A stretch of DNA of 54,091 bases, counting the filler, from Dirinaria sp. TL-2023a (lineage: Eukaryota), in assembly GCA_051941275.1 (NCBI GenBank). It is 4 parts of 4 records of this genome, joined end to end, with 100 filler letters (N's around TTAATTAATTAA, not from the genome) between each part and the next. Parts side by side here need not be neighbours in the genome. Positions count along the whole stretch, not along the records: positions 13,568 to 27,029 come from JAVEBF010000687.1; positions 27,130 to 40,563 come from JAVEBF010000688.1; 2 more parts are not named here. One strand, given 5' to 3'. Shown piece by piece: positions 23,362 to 35,888 of this stretch. The notes under the pieces were generated by a model, which saw only the letters and a program-made list of their open reading frames with translations, searched no databases and was not told where the DNA came from. Position 1 is the stretch's first letter. Every line of letters begins with the position of its first letter. A program made the translations under genes and the position numbers.

Positions 23362-26090
23362 ATGGCTCCTCTACCTGGGGCAAAAGAGCGTTCGACCTTC
23401 ACGCAAGTGGTCAAGTATTATGAGAACAAGCAATACAAGAGGGGTACGAATCCCCGAGTCGGTAACCGAACAGGCTTGTTAATATTCTGCTTAGGATTAA
23501 GGTCTGCAGAACAAATCCTGCGGAAGCATCCTGACCATGGCGACACGCAAGCAATGAAAGCCCTAATCATCAATTCCCAAGGCCACACAGATGAAGCTTT
23601 TGCGCTAGCCAAAGCTGCGTTGAAAAATGACATGAAATCGCATATTTGCTGGCATGTATACGGATTGCTGTACCGCTCAGTCAAGAATTTCGAGGAATCG
23701 ATCAAAGCATACAGATTCGCCCTGAAGTTGGAGCCACAGGCAAGTCAGATACAAAGGGATCTTGCGCTGTTGCAAATGCAGATGAGGGACTACTCGGGCT
23801 ATATACAGAGCCGGCGAGCCATACTGACAGCGAGAACGACCCTGCGCCAGAATTGGACCGGATTAGCCATAGCCCAGCACTTGGCTGGCGATTTGATTGA
23901 TGCTGAGCGGACCTTGTCGGCATTTGAAGATACTATCAAGACTGTACCGCCAAAATTTGATCATGAGCACTCAGAGGCCGCTTTGTATAAAAACACAATC
24001 ATTGCCGAGATGGGGGAGATAGAACGGGCGCTGAGTCATTTGGACGCAATTTCGAAGACGAACCTAGATAAGACGGCGGTAATGGAGATGCGAGCCGACT
24101 ATCTTCTAAAGCTCGGACGGAAAGAAGAAGCAGAAAAGGCGTATCGTGCACTTATAGATCGAAACCCTGAGTACCGGAGGTACTACGAAGGGTTGCAGAC
24201 AGCTTTGGCACTGACTTATGCAGACATCGAACCATTGCAGAAGCTTTACTCAGAATATGCGGAGAAGAATCCCAAAGCAGATGCACCGAGAAGACTGCCT
24301 CTGGAATTCCTCCAAGGCGACGGATTCAAACAAGCAGCGGATCAATACTTGCGGCAAATGCTCCGTAAAGGCGCCCCGTCAACCTTTGCTAACGTCAAAG
24401 CTTTGTATAATGTTTCGGCAAAACGGGACACAATACAAGGTTTGGTGGAAGGCTACGCAGCTCATCCCCAGGCACCGCAGGTCAATGGTGATGCTCAAAA
24501 AGATGAGAACGGAGAGAAGACCCGATCGGGGAAGCAAGAAAGCTCTGAGCAAACGCCTGACAAAACGGAGGTTAATGGGGAGCTAGAGAAACCGGAGGCA
24601 AAAGGCGTCAGAGAAGACCCGTCACAATTCGACTTCTCTGTGCGATACTTCCTAGCGCAGCACTACAACTATCATCGAAGTCGGGATCTGCCTAGAGCAT
24701 TGGCGCTTATCGACGAAGCGATAGATACTAGGCCGAACACAGTTGACCTCTATATGACCAAAGCTAGGATATGGAAGCACTACGGCAATTTTCAGAAAGC
24801 GTCTGAAACCATGGAAAAGGCGCGGACGGTGGATGAGCGTGACCGATATATCAACACGAAGGCCGCGAAATACCAACTGCGCAATGATGAGAATGAGGCA
24901 GCAGTGAAAACAATGAGCAAATTTACTAGAAATGATGCAGTAGGAGGTCCATTAGGAGACCTACATGAGATGCAATGCGTTTGGTACATCATCGAGGATG
25001 GCGAGTCTTATCTGCGTCAAGGCAAGCTCGGTCTAGCATTGAAAAGGTTTAGTGCAATCAACGATATATTCGAGGTCTGGCAAGAGGACCAGTTCGACTT
25101 TCATACTTTTTCTCTTCGAAAAGGGCAGATAAGGGCGTACATAGGCATGATCAGATGGGAGGACAGTCTCCGAGAACACCCCTTCTTTTCAAGAGCAGCA
25201 ATCTCTGCTGCCAGCACTTATGTCCGAATATTTGACTATCCTAGCCTCTCGAAGGGGTCGTTAGCGAACGGTATAGGCGGCGATCTCGACAAGCTCGATA
25301 AAGCCGAACGTAAGAAGGCACAAAAAAAAGCAAGGAAAGAGCAAGAGAAAAGGGATCAAGAGGAAGCAGAGAAAAAAGATGCAAAGAAGACCGCAGGCTT
25401 TGGCGCCGATGGCGAACTAAAAAAGGAGGACAAGGACCCCAATGGCCAGAAGCTTCTTGAGACGACAGACCCCCTCGGAGACGCAATGAAATTCGTGAAC
25501 CCTTTGCTCGAATATAGTCCGAAGACTATAGAAGCACAACAGATAGGGTTTGAGGTCTTTCTTCGAAGGAGTAAGTATACAATCTAGGCCGTCCTCTACG
25601 CTCTGGCTAACGCCCTGTTGCAGAAAAGTACCTTCTTGCCCTTCGATGTCTTCTGACATCACATCGCATCGACCCTTTAAATCCTGTCGTCCATGAACAA
25701 CTTATCCGCTTCCGCCACGCTTTGAAGTCACTCTCCGAACCTTTACCACCCAAAATCTCCGAAATGATCGAATCACAGCTCTCACCGATGCTCGCAAAAG
25801 ATACCAATCTCTCCGAGTCCAACGATGATTTTCTAAGCAAGAACCGGCAAAGCGCCCCACATATTCATGCCGCCGTACGCACGCGACAAGCAATCAGCCC
25901 TGACAGCACGAACCGAAACCAGAAAGATATTTCTGGAGCTCTCGATAGTGATAGCATCACCTTACAAGATGCCATGCACGGCCTCGCATTATTGAAAGAT
26001 TGGGAGACGAAGCAAGAAGTTATTAGTGAGTATGTTGAAAAAGCGCGCAAGAAATGGCCTGAAGCTACCGTCTTTGAATCAAATATTTGA
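23362..26090 (+). CDS. NAT1: NatA N-terminal acetyltransferase auxiliary subunit (Naa15), TPR protein
   Basis: Exons 23362-23443, 23495-25570 and 25624-26090. Motifs YENKQYKRG, HGDTQAMKAL, SHICWHVYGLLYR, DRYINTK and EDQFDFHTFSLRKG, plus a basic KKAQKKA helix. Confidence 0.95.
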
Positions 26091-26475
26091 TGCATATGTG
26101 AGGCGCTGCCTGAGTATTACACGGTCTCCGCACGGCACATAGAGGGGGATACACATACGAGCTTACCTTTGGACTGTAGATAATCTTCCCATCTGGCGTA
26201 GCTAATGACCAATAACTCAGACAAATTCTGTTCGCTATTTTTTTCACCGAAGTCAATCCACCTCGCCCTCACGCTGACTGGGAATATGGGAGTAGACGTA
26301 TATATATATGAGTACTTAGTGCGAACTTCTGATGCCCACTTTGACATGCTCTACTTCATGCCCCAAGTCTCCTTCCCATTTCCCAATTATAGGGTAGCGC
26401 TAGCAAATCCAAAACACCAGCGCTATGCACACTTCAGCAGATAAATGTTTTCACAATATCGCCCCTCCCCTCTCT

Positions 26476-26993
26476 TCACCGTCTACCAGTCCTCTCCCTC
26501 TCCTCCCTCCATCTATCCAGCGCCTCCTCCCACCTTCCCCCATCATCCCCACACCGCTCTTGCACAAGCCCCCACGTGCGACTCCTAATAATGCCCTCGA
26601 CACTCCTCTCATTGCGCACCACACTCCCCAAGACCTCCGTCCTCGGCTGCCTGGGAAAGAACCTCCCACTATAAGGATCCAACCTCTCGTCCACAACGCG
26701 CTCCCTCTCCTTCGCGCTCTCGACCTGCGCGAGCGCCAAATCCGGGTCTTGCGGGTTGAGCGCCACGCCGGCGCAGTAGGCCAGCACATCGGACCGCGAC
26801 TGCCACGAGGGGAACAGGACTTGGGATTTGAAGCTGGAACAGGAAGGGCTGTCGATGGGGCGGAGGTTCGGAGAGCGCACTTGCCGCGATGATGTCGTGG
26901 CTGGGTCGAAGCCTGAGCGGGAAGGTGTTATTAGCGCGTTGAGGTTCTGGATTATACTGTCGTCGATTGTGCTGCGCGAGAGCCGGAGGAAGT
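26476..26993 (-). CDS. MIX23: Mitochondrial intermembrane space protein Mix23/Cid2 family (5'-partial; first exon lost in the gap)
   Basis: The exon follows a CAG acceptor ending at 26994 and reads FLRLSRSTIDDSIIQNLN ... C..F...LFPSWQSRSDVLAYC ... DERLDPYS ... ERSVEGIIRSRTWGLVQERC. Confidence 0.85.
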
Positions 26994-27029
26994 CTGTTTT
27001 GAGTAAGTGAGGAGGGTTTAGTATGGGTG

Positions 27030-27129
27030 NNNNNNNNNNNNNNNNNNNNNNNNNNNNNNNNNNNNNNNNNNNNTTAATTAATTAANNNNNNNNNNNNNNN
27101 NNNNNNNNNNNNNNNNNNNNNNNNNNNNN
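27030..27129. other. Artificial assembly spacer
   Basis: 44 N + TTAATTAATTAA + 44 N. Confidence 0.97.
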
Positions 27130-27398
27130 TGCCAAGCTGTCGCAACACTTCTGGGAACGCTAAATGAATTGATAACTGATCTAGTTACCCCAATCAATGG
27201 TTTTGGAGGAGCATCGTGTAAAATCCGCCATTACAATGGCTAACATGATTGGATACTGAATCCTTCCAGAGCGATACATACTTTGTGTATTGATACTGTG
27301 ATTAAGCTGCTTTAGAGAGTTTTCTGAGCGTAATATTAGTTCTTCAATCATCGTTCCTCTTTGGCTTAGTAACCTCCTTCATGACCTTTTTTGCTTAC

Positions 27399-29452
27399 TC
27401 AGACCTTCTTCAGCCCAAGCTCGATGCCCAAAATCTGCAACGCCAATAGCCGACTGTAAAATCGACACAGCGCCAGATTTCCACCAAAGAACCAGAACCC
27501 GGGATGGCCGCTGCTCCTCCACATACCTCTCGTCTCACCCTCCCCATCGAAACCCCACACATCATGAACTCTATCCGCCAGCTCGTCTCCAAACACTTTC
27601 CGCGCCGTCTCACGCATATTCTGGTACCCGGTTGCAAACACTACTTCATCAGCTTCGAGCTCCGTATCGTCGCCAAGCAGAATGCTGTGAGGCTTGACCG
27701 CTTTGACGCCGTAGCCTTGCTTGATCTTGATCTTCCGATCAGCGATGAGTTGCGAGGTGCCGACATCGATGTAGTAGCCGCCTCCGCGCGACAGGTATTT
27801 GATGAACAAACCTGAGCCATCAGGTCCTGAATCAATTGCAAACCCTGCGTCAACAAGGCCTTTCAGCAGCGAAGAGTCCCGACGGATCATCTCCCGAGTG
27901 GCATCAGTATGCAACCGTTTTGCAATCGGATTCGGAATCGACATGTTTAGAATATCAGCGTCTTCTACCGGCGGGCCATCTTCGGAGTAGAGTCCTTTCA
28001 TTGTCACGTCAATCAGTGTGTCGCAGGTCAGCACCATGGTGGTGCTACGCTGCACCATTGTCACGTCATAGCCGTGCTCATAGTAATCGCGCGCAATATC
28101 GTGCCCGGAGTTACAGCATCCAATCACCACTGCCTTCTTCCCCTTGGCATTGGGTGAGGGCTCGTTGAACTTGGAGGAATGCACTAAACGGTCTCCTTGG
28201 AATGAGTCGATCCCTAGGATGTCGGTCGGCATGTATGGCTCTCCTGAATGGCCGGTTGCGAGAATGATGTGGCGAGGGTGAAAAGTACCTGATGTGACTC
28301 AGTCTGTATGCTCTTTACTCGATTTTGTAATCAAGTAGCGCTTACGCTCAGGCTTTTGGCCTCGTTGGCCGACGCTCTGGAGACTTACGGTCCATTGTCG
28401 CTTGTTGTCATCCCAGCTGGACATTTTCAGCGACGTGCTGGTCCAGACATTTAGCTCTAGAATATGGGCATAGTACTCGAACCAATCTGCAAGCTTGTCT
28501 TTCGGAGAGAAGACCTAGATTATACTGGCATCAGCTCCCTTTAATCACTTGTTTAATAGCGCTATAGAACTTACAGGCCAATTGGGGGGAAAGTTCAGGT
28601 ACGGCATATGATCATACCTACATCATTATGTGAGCTTTACGTTATTCGAAGCGTTTCTGAGTGATTGGTTTACCAAACTGAATCGTGGAGCACCAATTGA
28701 TGATACCTATTCCGCCAGTTGTCTCCAATCCGAGCATTCTGGTCAATGATGAGCGTCTCGACCCCCAATTGCTTTAATCTTGCAGCTGCTGTGAGGCCGC
28801 CTTGGCCGGCACCAACGATGAGCACAGCAGGTTCACGGCCGCCTTCAAAGTTCTGCTGTGCATTCCTCTGATCTGCCCAGTTCATTCCCTCATGCGATGG
28901 ATCCCGTTCCGTGCCCGTCGGCCTCCGAGCATTCGTATGCTCCTCATGGCCTTTCAACTCTTGCAAAGTAGTAAAGAAGGTGAAAGCTGCCCAGCCGCCC
29001 TTATCTCCAGAATTTTTGATAAGCCGCACTAACCCTTCCCCTCGGCCTACGTCCGTCTCAATTTTCAGGAACGCTTGCACCAAATCAATCCCCGCTACTG
29101 CGACTGCCTGCGGTTTCTTGTGATCGCGCGAAGTATCCAAACTCAGTGTTGGTACCGTCGCGCTACTCTTTGCGAACTCTTCAATCTTGGCCCGTCCCTG
29201 CAGAGTGCGGAAATCCCACGACGAACAGAGAAGGTCGCGCCAACACGACTCATCGATGAATAGGGAAGAAAAAGATTTATCAGTTCGGACAGCCGTATTC
29301 CACGCCTCGACCCAATTCAAGGCAATGTCTTCCATGCTTGCATCCCGTGCTTGCGGTTGTGTTGTGGCAGCAGGGAAAGGCGGGGTGGGCAATAATTGGG
29401 AGCCTGGGAGGACATGATTTGAGTGAGGAATCTCTACAGCAGCTGTGGCCAT
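27399..29452 (-). CDS. Flavin-containing monooxygenase (FMO-like, class B) with N-terminal extension
   Basis: Exons 29452-28674, 28617-28575, 28514-28346 and 28288-27399. FAD motif VLIVGAGQGG, GDNWRNRY, LATGHSG, FMO fingerprint FQGDRLVHSS, NAD(P)H motif VIGCCNSGHD and FATGY. Confidence 0.92.
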
Positions 29453-31181
29453 GGTCTAGAATTATACCAATTGTTGGATATGTGCAATGGGTAAGTCACT
29501 GATGGTGGAACCCCGGTGACAATATGTACTTTAGGGAAATTGCGCCGTGGGATGACCTACATGCTTCCGAGTGGACTTGTATGTCATCGCGCATTGATAG
29601 TAGCGGAAAAGTTCCGCCCAATGGTCGTATAATTGGTCAACCTTTCTCTTGTATCTTACTCAAGGTAAGGTACACAATGTACTTTACATGTCTTCCCGCA
29701 GTGACGCAATAGCTGTATTACAGCGAGTACTTGCATCAAGCTGTGACTATTGGACACTTGGCTCCCAGACGGGACGCGCCCTCATTCTTAGCCGAAGTCC
29801 TGATCTCCTGCTTATACACATTATTATTGTCGCTGAATTGCGAGGAATCGTTATCATGAGGTGCTTCTCAGCAGATGATGTAGAAACATCTTTACCTTAC
29901 TCAAACCTGTCGGTTTCAGAGAAAGGACTACCTATGACAAGGCAAGCGGGCCGTCGGGCCTTCGGTTTGGTTTCCCTTCATGGCTTCCACCATGTATGTA
30001 TTTGAATTGAACCCGGGATGCGCTTGGCTCACTTGGAAGCTGAACATCATTTTTTGATTGGACGACTGTTCCATCCTTCTGATGCTCAGGGATCATTTAC
30101 GAAGGTGCGGTAGGATTAAGGCTCCCAGGAATGATGAAATCTCACCAAATTCCTCAAACATCGCTTGCGCAAGTCTTATCACATCGGCCTTCCGTACTTG
30201 AGCACAATCGATGATCGCCCACAAAAGCCTGTTGCGCTCTCAGATTAAGGGACGGAGACTACCTACAAGTGTAATTCGACTTCGCCTGGAAACTACGGTA
30301 TGTTAGCAGAACTACTTGGTAGCTCCCTCCTGTGATCGGCAACGCTAGCATCAACGCCGCAAGGCTGCGAAGAATGCTGTGGTCAACATGCAGATGGACT
30401 TCCGCCCCAGGTCGCTCGAATACCTTTTGGATTCCTGCTATGAAAATCAGCGCCGAGTAAACCCTGTGCCTGATAGATTCATCGATCATCAACAGCCTGT
30501 GAGCAAAGTCGAGCTAAAATCTGACTTTACTAAGATTATGTACTTCGAGATAATGTTTGGCCCTGGGAATGAGGGAACGCTATCCCGTAGCGTACGGCCC
30601 GTGCCTGGACCTCCGAAATCATTGGTATATTCATCGGAGGCTGGTAGGTGATCTCGACAGCTTTTAGTGTCCTTCTACACGCTATGGGTTGGCTCTGCAT
30701 AATTCTCAGCTTCAAGCCAGCTGTGCCTCATATGACAGGAAGATCTCTTTAACCGACCCTGTTATTATCTCGAATACGTGCGACCACCTGCATTAGGCAC
30801 TACCACATGGTGGGCTGAGGAATCGTCCTTGTGGACTCAGCCTCGTCATCGAGCCAATTATGCTACGCAGGGCCCTGTGGAGACGCTGGTTAAACGTCTC
30901 TTCTGTATCACCCCATTAAAAGTTCCGACTGATGTGTGTGATAACTCATCACTATTAACGCTTACTCTTCTGGCCATTTGACCATATGGCGCAGTCGACG
31001 GCTAGTCACTCTGGTTCGACTGCGGTAAGTAAATTGGATTCTTATTGTGAATTTGCCTCTTATTCTTCCGAGCTGCTGGAATCCATTTGTTTGCGCGACT
31101 CATCCTTCGAAAATCCATTTCGATTTGAGCTTCATAGTCGCAATATTACCCAAGCTAGTCGCTACCAGTCCAACTACCACA

Positions 31182-32579
31182 ATGAGCAGCCCCGGGGGTC
31201 CTCCCCATAACGGGGACGAAAATCGTCAGGGAGGGATCTTGGCCACAACATTCATTGTCACTGTAATAGCAAGCATTGCCGTGGCTTTGAGGATGTGGGT
31301 ACGTCTGGCTATTGTCAAGAAAGTAGGCTGGGACGATTATACGATCATAGCAGCTACAGTACGTACCTCTACCTTGTAAAAAATATGATCGAATACAGGA
31401 CTGACATGTTAAAGTTGGGCATAATAATCGGCTGCGGCTTGGTTGTCGTGCAAGTCCACTACGGCCTTGGAAGACATAAGTTCTACTTAACGACATGGCA
31501 ATTCATCGAGTTCCAGAAATATTCCTACGGCGAATGGATCCAAACATTTCAGACCCTCATGTTTACCAAGGTCTCCATATGCTTCTTCCTGCTGCGCATA
31601 CCTGTAGATACCCGCCTGATTAGACCAATCCAATGGACCATCGTCGCACTGATCCTCAGTAACGTCGTTCTGACTGTGATCTGGATCGTACAATGCCGAC
31701 CAATACACGCTGCCTGGAATACTCTGATTCAGGGCCAATGTTTCACCAAAGGCCAGCTCCAAAGAATCATCATATCTCAAGCCAGTAAGTCCACCGATCT
31801 CCGCATGAATCCCCTGAAAGCCAAAAAAACTCAAAAACCAACCGACCTCTAATCCACTTCCACCAGTAATATCCATAATCTCCGACTTCCTCCTCGCCAC
31901 GCTCCCCATCTTCATCCTGTGGAAAGTGCAAATCTCGACCCGGGTCAAAGCCGGTCTGTGCACCTTGATGTCCCTCGGCGTCCTGACCGCGACGTGCTGC
32001 ATCGTGCGCACGATCCTCAACTGGCAAAACGTCAACAGCGACCCGAGCTGGGAGAGCATCGACAACTGGTACTGGCGGTCGTGGGAAGTGTGCATCGGCA
32101 TCACGGCCGCCTCGGTCCCGGCCCTGCGGCCAGGCTACAAACACCTGACCTCCACCATCTCCTCCTACCGCTCCGCCCGCTCGAGCCGCAAGAGCTCCAA
32201 GACCCTCGTCAACGGCCATGACAATCATCACGGCACTCGCGCTCCGGCTATCAGTTCCCTGAAAGACACCAACCGCGTCGATCTCGCGTACGCGATCCCG
32301 CACCTGAAACGACCCGATCCGGTCTTGGGCAGTACGATGAGTAATAGTAAGAAACATCGACCCCTTATCAGCAGCAGCGCCGCCGGCGATGGGTATCCGA
32401 TGGACCAGTGGCAGCAGCAGCAGCAACATGACGAGGGCGCGATCCAGAAAACCACCACCTTCGATCTCGAGAGCCAGACTGGGGGCAGTTCCGCGAGTGG
32501 GCGCGGCAGAAGCGCAGAGAGGGACGGCAGTTGGAGGGATGGCGAAAATGGTGGGTTGAGGACTTTGGAGATGTTGTGA
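31182..32579 (+). CDS. PTH11-like integral membrane protein (fungal rhodopsin-like domain, no CFEM)
   Basis: Exons 31182-31358, 31415-31784 and 31867-32579. Motifs LRMWVR...GWDDY, YGLGRH, KVSICFFLLRI, QCRPIHAAW, SDFLLATLP, EVCIGITAASVPALRP; about seven TM helices and a hydrophilic tail. Confidence 0.9.
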
Positions 32580-33111
32580 TGATTTTGAGGGATCTTGTTC
32601 GGCGTGAGACTGGTATGGATGGGTGGATGGGTTTTCTGATGGGTTTTTTTGGGATATATACCACTTGGTTTGATTAGGAAAAAAAGGATGGTTTTGGGAG
32701 GAGTTTAGTCAAGGGCTGAACGGATTGGAAACCAATTTTTTGTTCTTTTTCTTCTTTTGCTCTTTTTTTTGGTTGTCTCGTCTACTCCGACGGTTCCATG
32801 CATACCTGGGATCCATACGTATCCCTCCAGAGAGAGGACGGGATATATATCAACCTTCTTCATCTGTTCTCGTATACACATATTTCACATCATTAGTAGA
32901 ACAGATACATCGCTTTTGGAGTGGGGAATGAATTTATCCTAGCCCTTCCTTTAATAGGGGGAGTCAGATCGCGTTTTCAATCCTCTTTGCAAAGCCTACT
33001 CAAGAGCAACTTAACACGCCCATCCGTCGGATATGCTCCGTGTCCACCACCCCCTTCCCATCTTCCCAAAAAAAAAAAAACATACATACCTACATAAAAA
33101 TTACCACCCTA

Positions 33112-34190
33112 TTACTGCGCCGTATAACCCCCATCAATCGCCAACGGCACACCGGTGACATAATTAGCATCCTCGCTCGCGAAAAACACCGCGCACCGCG
33201 CCACGTCCTCGACGACGCCCCAATCGCCCCAGGGCGTGAGGCCGTTGATGCCCGTCCTTAACTCATCGTCCTTGTAAATCGCTTCCGTCATAGGGGTTTT
33301 CAGATCTGTTTTTATATTATAAGCTTACTCTTCCCCTTTTTTATAATATGGTGAAGGGGAAAGGAGAAAGGGGAGGGGGGAAACGTTTACAGCCGGGACA
33401 TAAACAGTTGGCGTGGATTCTCTCGGCCGCGTATTCGACCGCCAACTGCTTCGTGAGCAGCACGCAGGCGCCTTTGCTCGCGCAGTAGGCGGCCGCGTTC
33501 GGTTTCAGCCCCACCAGACCCAGCATGCTCGCCGTGTTGATGATCCATCCCCTGTGCCCGCTTGAGTGGGGTTCTTGGGTTAGGAACTGCGCGATGGCGT
33601 ATTTGCAGCCGAAGAAGACGGATTTGGCGTTTAGGTTTCTGGGTTGTTGGTTTTTGTGTTAGGGGGTTTTGCCTTTTTTAGGAGGGGTGGTTGGATGGGG
33701 TGGAGGTTCAGACATACAGTGTGATATCCCATGTCTCCTCCTTCATCTCGTGGCATCGTCCTGCTGTCTCTGTTCCGCCTATGCCTGCGTTGTTAACGAT
33801 CCTATCGACCACACACCAGTTCGCATCAGCAACAATCTATCTTGCCTGCGAAATATCGCAGGCTTCGCGTACGACTCACACATCCAACCGCCCACCCAGC
33901 TTCACGGCCTCCTGCACCACCCTCTCCACTGGCTCCGCCTTGGTCACGTCCGTCTGTATGTATACCCCTTTCCCCTCGCCATACCGCTGGTTGATGGCGT
34001 CGTGCGTGTGGATCCCCACATCATCCGCCGGCCAGACGCTCCTCGCGTCCGGGCGGATGTCGGCGCATACGACCAGCTTCGCTCCGTTGGCCGCGAAGGC
34101 GAGTGCGATTGCCCGTCCTAGTCCAGAAGAGGAGCCGGTCACGATGGCGATTTTCGAGTCTAGCCTGTTGGAGACGAGGGGGAGGGACAT
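33112..34190 (-). CDS. Classical short-chain dehydrogenase/reductase
   Basis: Four exons (introns ~33879-33802, 33716-33639, 33390-33305). Motifs TGSSSGLG, VNNAG, NTAS, catalytic YCASK, CPG and DGGYTAQ-stop. Confidence 0.92.
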
Positions 34191-35888
34191 TTTTGTATAG
34201 GTGAGGGGATGATGGAGGCTGAGCGGGGAGGACCGAGGCTGGTGCGCGCGCCAGGATTGGAGAGAAATGGAGAACGAGAGTATGAAGGTCAAGTAACTTT
34301 TGCTTCACATATTGCTTGGCGAGTTTTGAGACGTCAATTAATCTCTATGCTAAGCCAAGTGGGATTCTTCTTCGTGAGTTGAGAACGCGATTCCAGCGAA
34401 GCAATTGAGCAATCGGCCATTAGGCCCCGCCCCCTCAATCTGAGCATGACAAAGAATGACGCAATTTCGTCACGAAGGTATCTTAGCTCGCGGTTTGCAG
34501 GAAAATTCGGACACCAAACACGCCAAGCCTCACCCAAAGTGTCCGAATTTTCCTGCAAACCGCGAGCTTAGCTAACGTAAGGTACTTCGCAGAGGACACT
34601 AAGGTAATTCCGTAACGGATGCGAATGCATGTGCCACGAGCTGAACTGCATGATGACAATGGAGGGGCTGTGATAAGGTCATGTACATCCAGGTAGTGTG
34701 ACTACCTTAGGTATCTTAACTTGATTTAGTGCGCTTGGTAGCGTCAATTGCCTGAAATCCGACTCCTTCAGGATCAACATTCGCACTCTCATTCGTTCAT
34801 GATCCGAGGATGCATAGAACTCGAAGTTGTGTTGTTGGATTCGCGGGGTGCCTCCGTCCTTTACAGTATCTACCTCGGCATCTCGTATCTCTGTAGCTGC
34901 TTATCTAATGGAATGGGAAACGAGGCATACGCGCTTGGCAGGATTTTAGAGGATGTTGGTAGCGCGAAGGATTAAGGTGAAGAAGGTCCGTGAATTCGTT
35001 AGTGAATCTACCTTACTTTTAGTGAATCCTTCGAGCCTGCCAGCTGTAGGGTCTTGGCTGCCGTATTAAACATTACTTACATTCATAACATACCTTAAGG
35101 TAATGAAGCAAGGTAAGGTAAGGTATCCGTACGGAGGTCCGCGCCATAAGTCCTGGCTAGCGCGGTCAATGCTACAGGTGGGGTCAACTGAAAGTCGCCT
35201 AGGGGACCACCTAATATTATCACCCGATCGTTCCAACTTGCTACCCAGGCTCTACAAAGTCTACCTGTAGTCACCTGGACGACTGGTCTTGGCGTACATG
35301 ACGCTAGCCAGGACTTATGTCGTCGATCTCCGTACTTTACTAAAAGACAGCCGCCGAAAACCTGAGGTAGCCCATGAACCTCAACATGCCCTTCCAAAAT
35401 CGTCCCAGAACCAGCTCGAGCATATAAGATGACGATCTCGATGACAGCAGGATCTGCGAGTCTGATGACTTCCCTATTCTCCGAGCAACGAGCAACTACC
35501 ATTGTCAAGCTGTGTCTGTTGGTAAAGTATGATCACAGCAATGTGGCAGCAATTAAGTCCTCGGGGATCCCATAGAACTCGATCTGGGTTTCATTTTGGT
35601 TTTTTTTTCTTTGCCTTACTCTCTTGTTGAAGATGCTAAGACATAAATTTGTTTCTCTGGGAGCGCACATGACTGTATCCCAAAAAGTCTCTTTCTAGTC
35701 CCTGTCTCAACTGCAGCTCATCTCGAAAAAATGAGAAGGCGATCGTCCATCATCGGTGCTAAACCTGTTCATCTGCAGGTACCAGCTCGGCAGACTGTCT
35801 GATCTTCGTACTTTTAAACCTGAGAAGGACAACTTGTCGGAATAAGGCATTAATCCTGGTCTAGTTGCAATCCCCTTCATCCAAGCAT

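Noticed and set aside
10931..29452. Possible auxin system (PIN-like carrier plus YUCCA-like FMO)
   Set aside because: The genes are ~14 kb apart on different contigs with unrelated housekeeping genes between them. Both families are widespread in fungi and the family names do not imply auxin function.
30259..30981. Short ORFs between FMO and the PTH11-like gene
   Set aside because: No motifs or consistent splice structure; a gene or pseudogene cannot be supported without a homology search.
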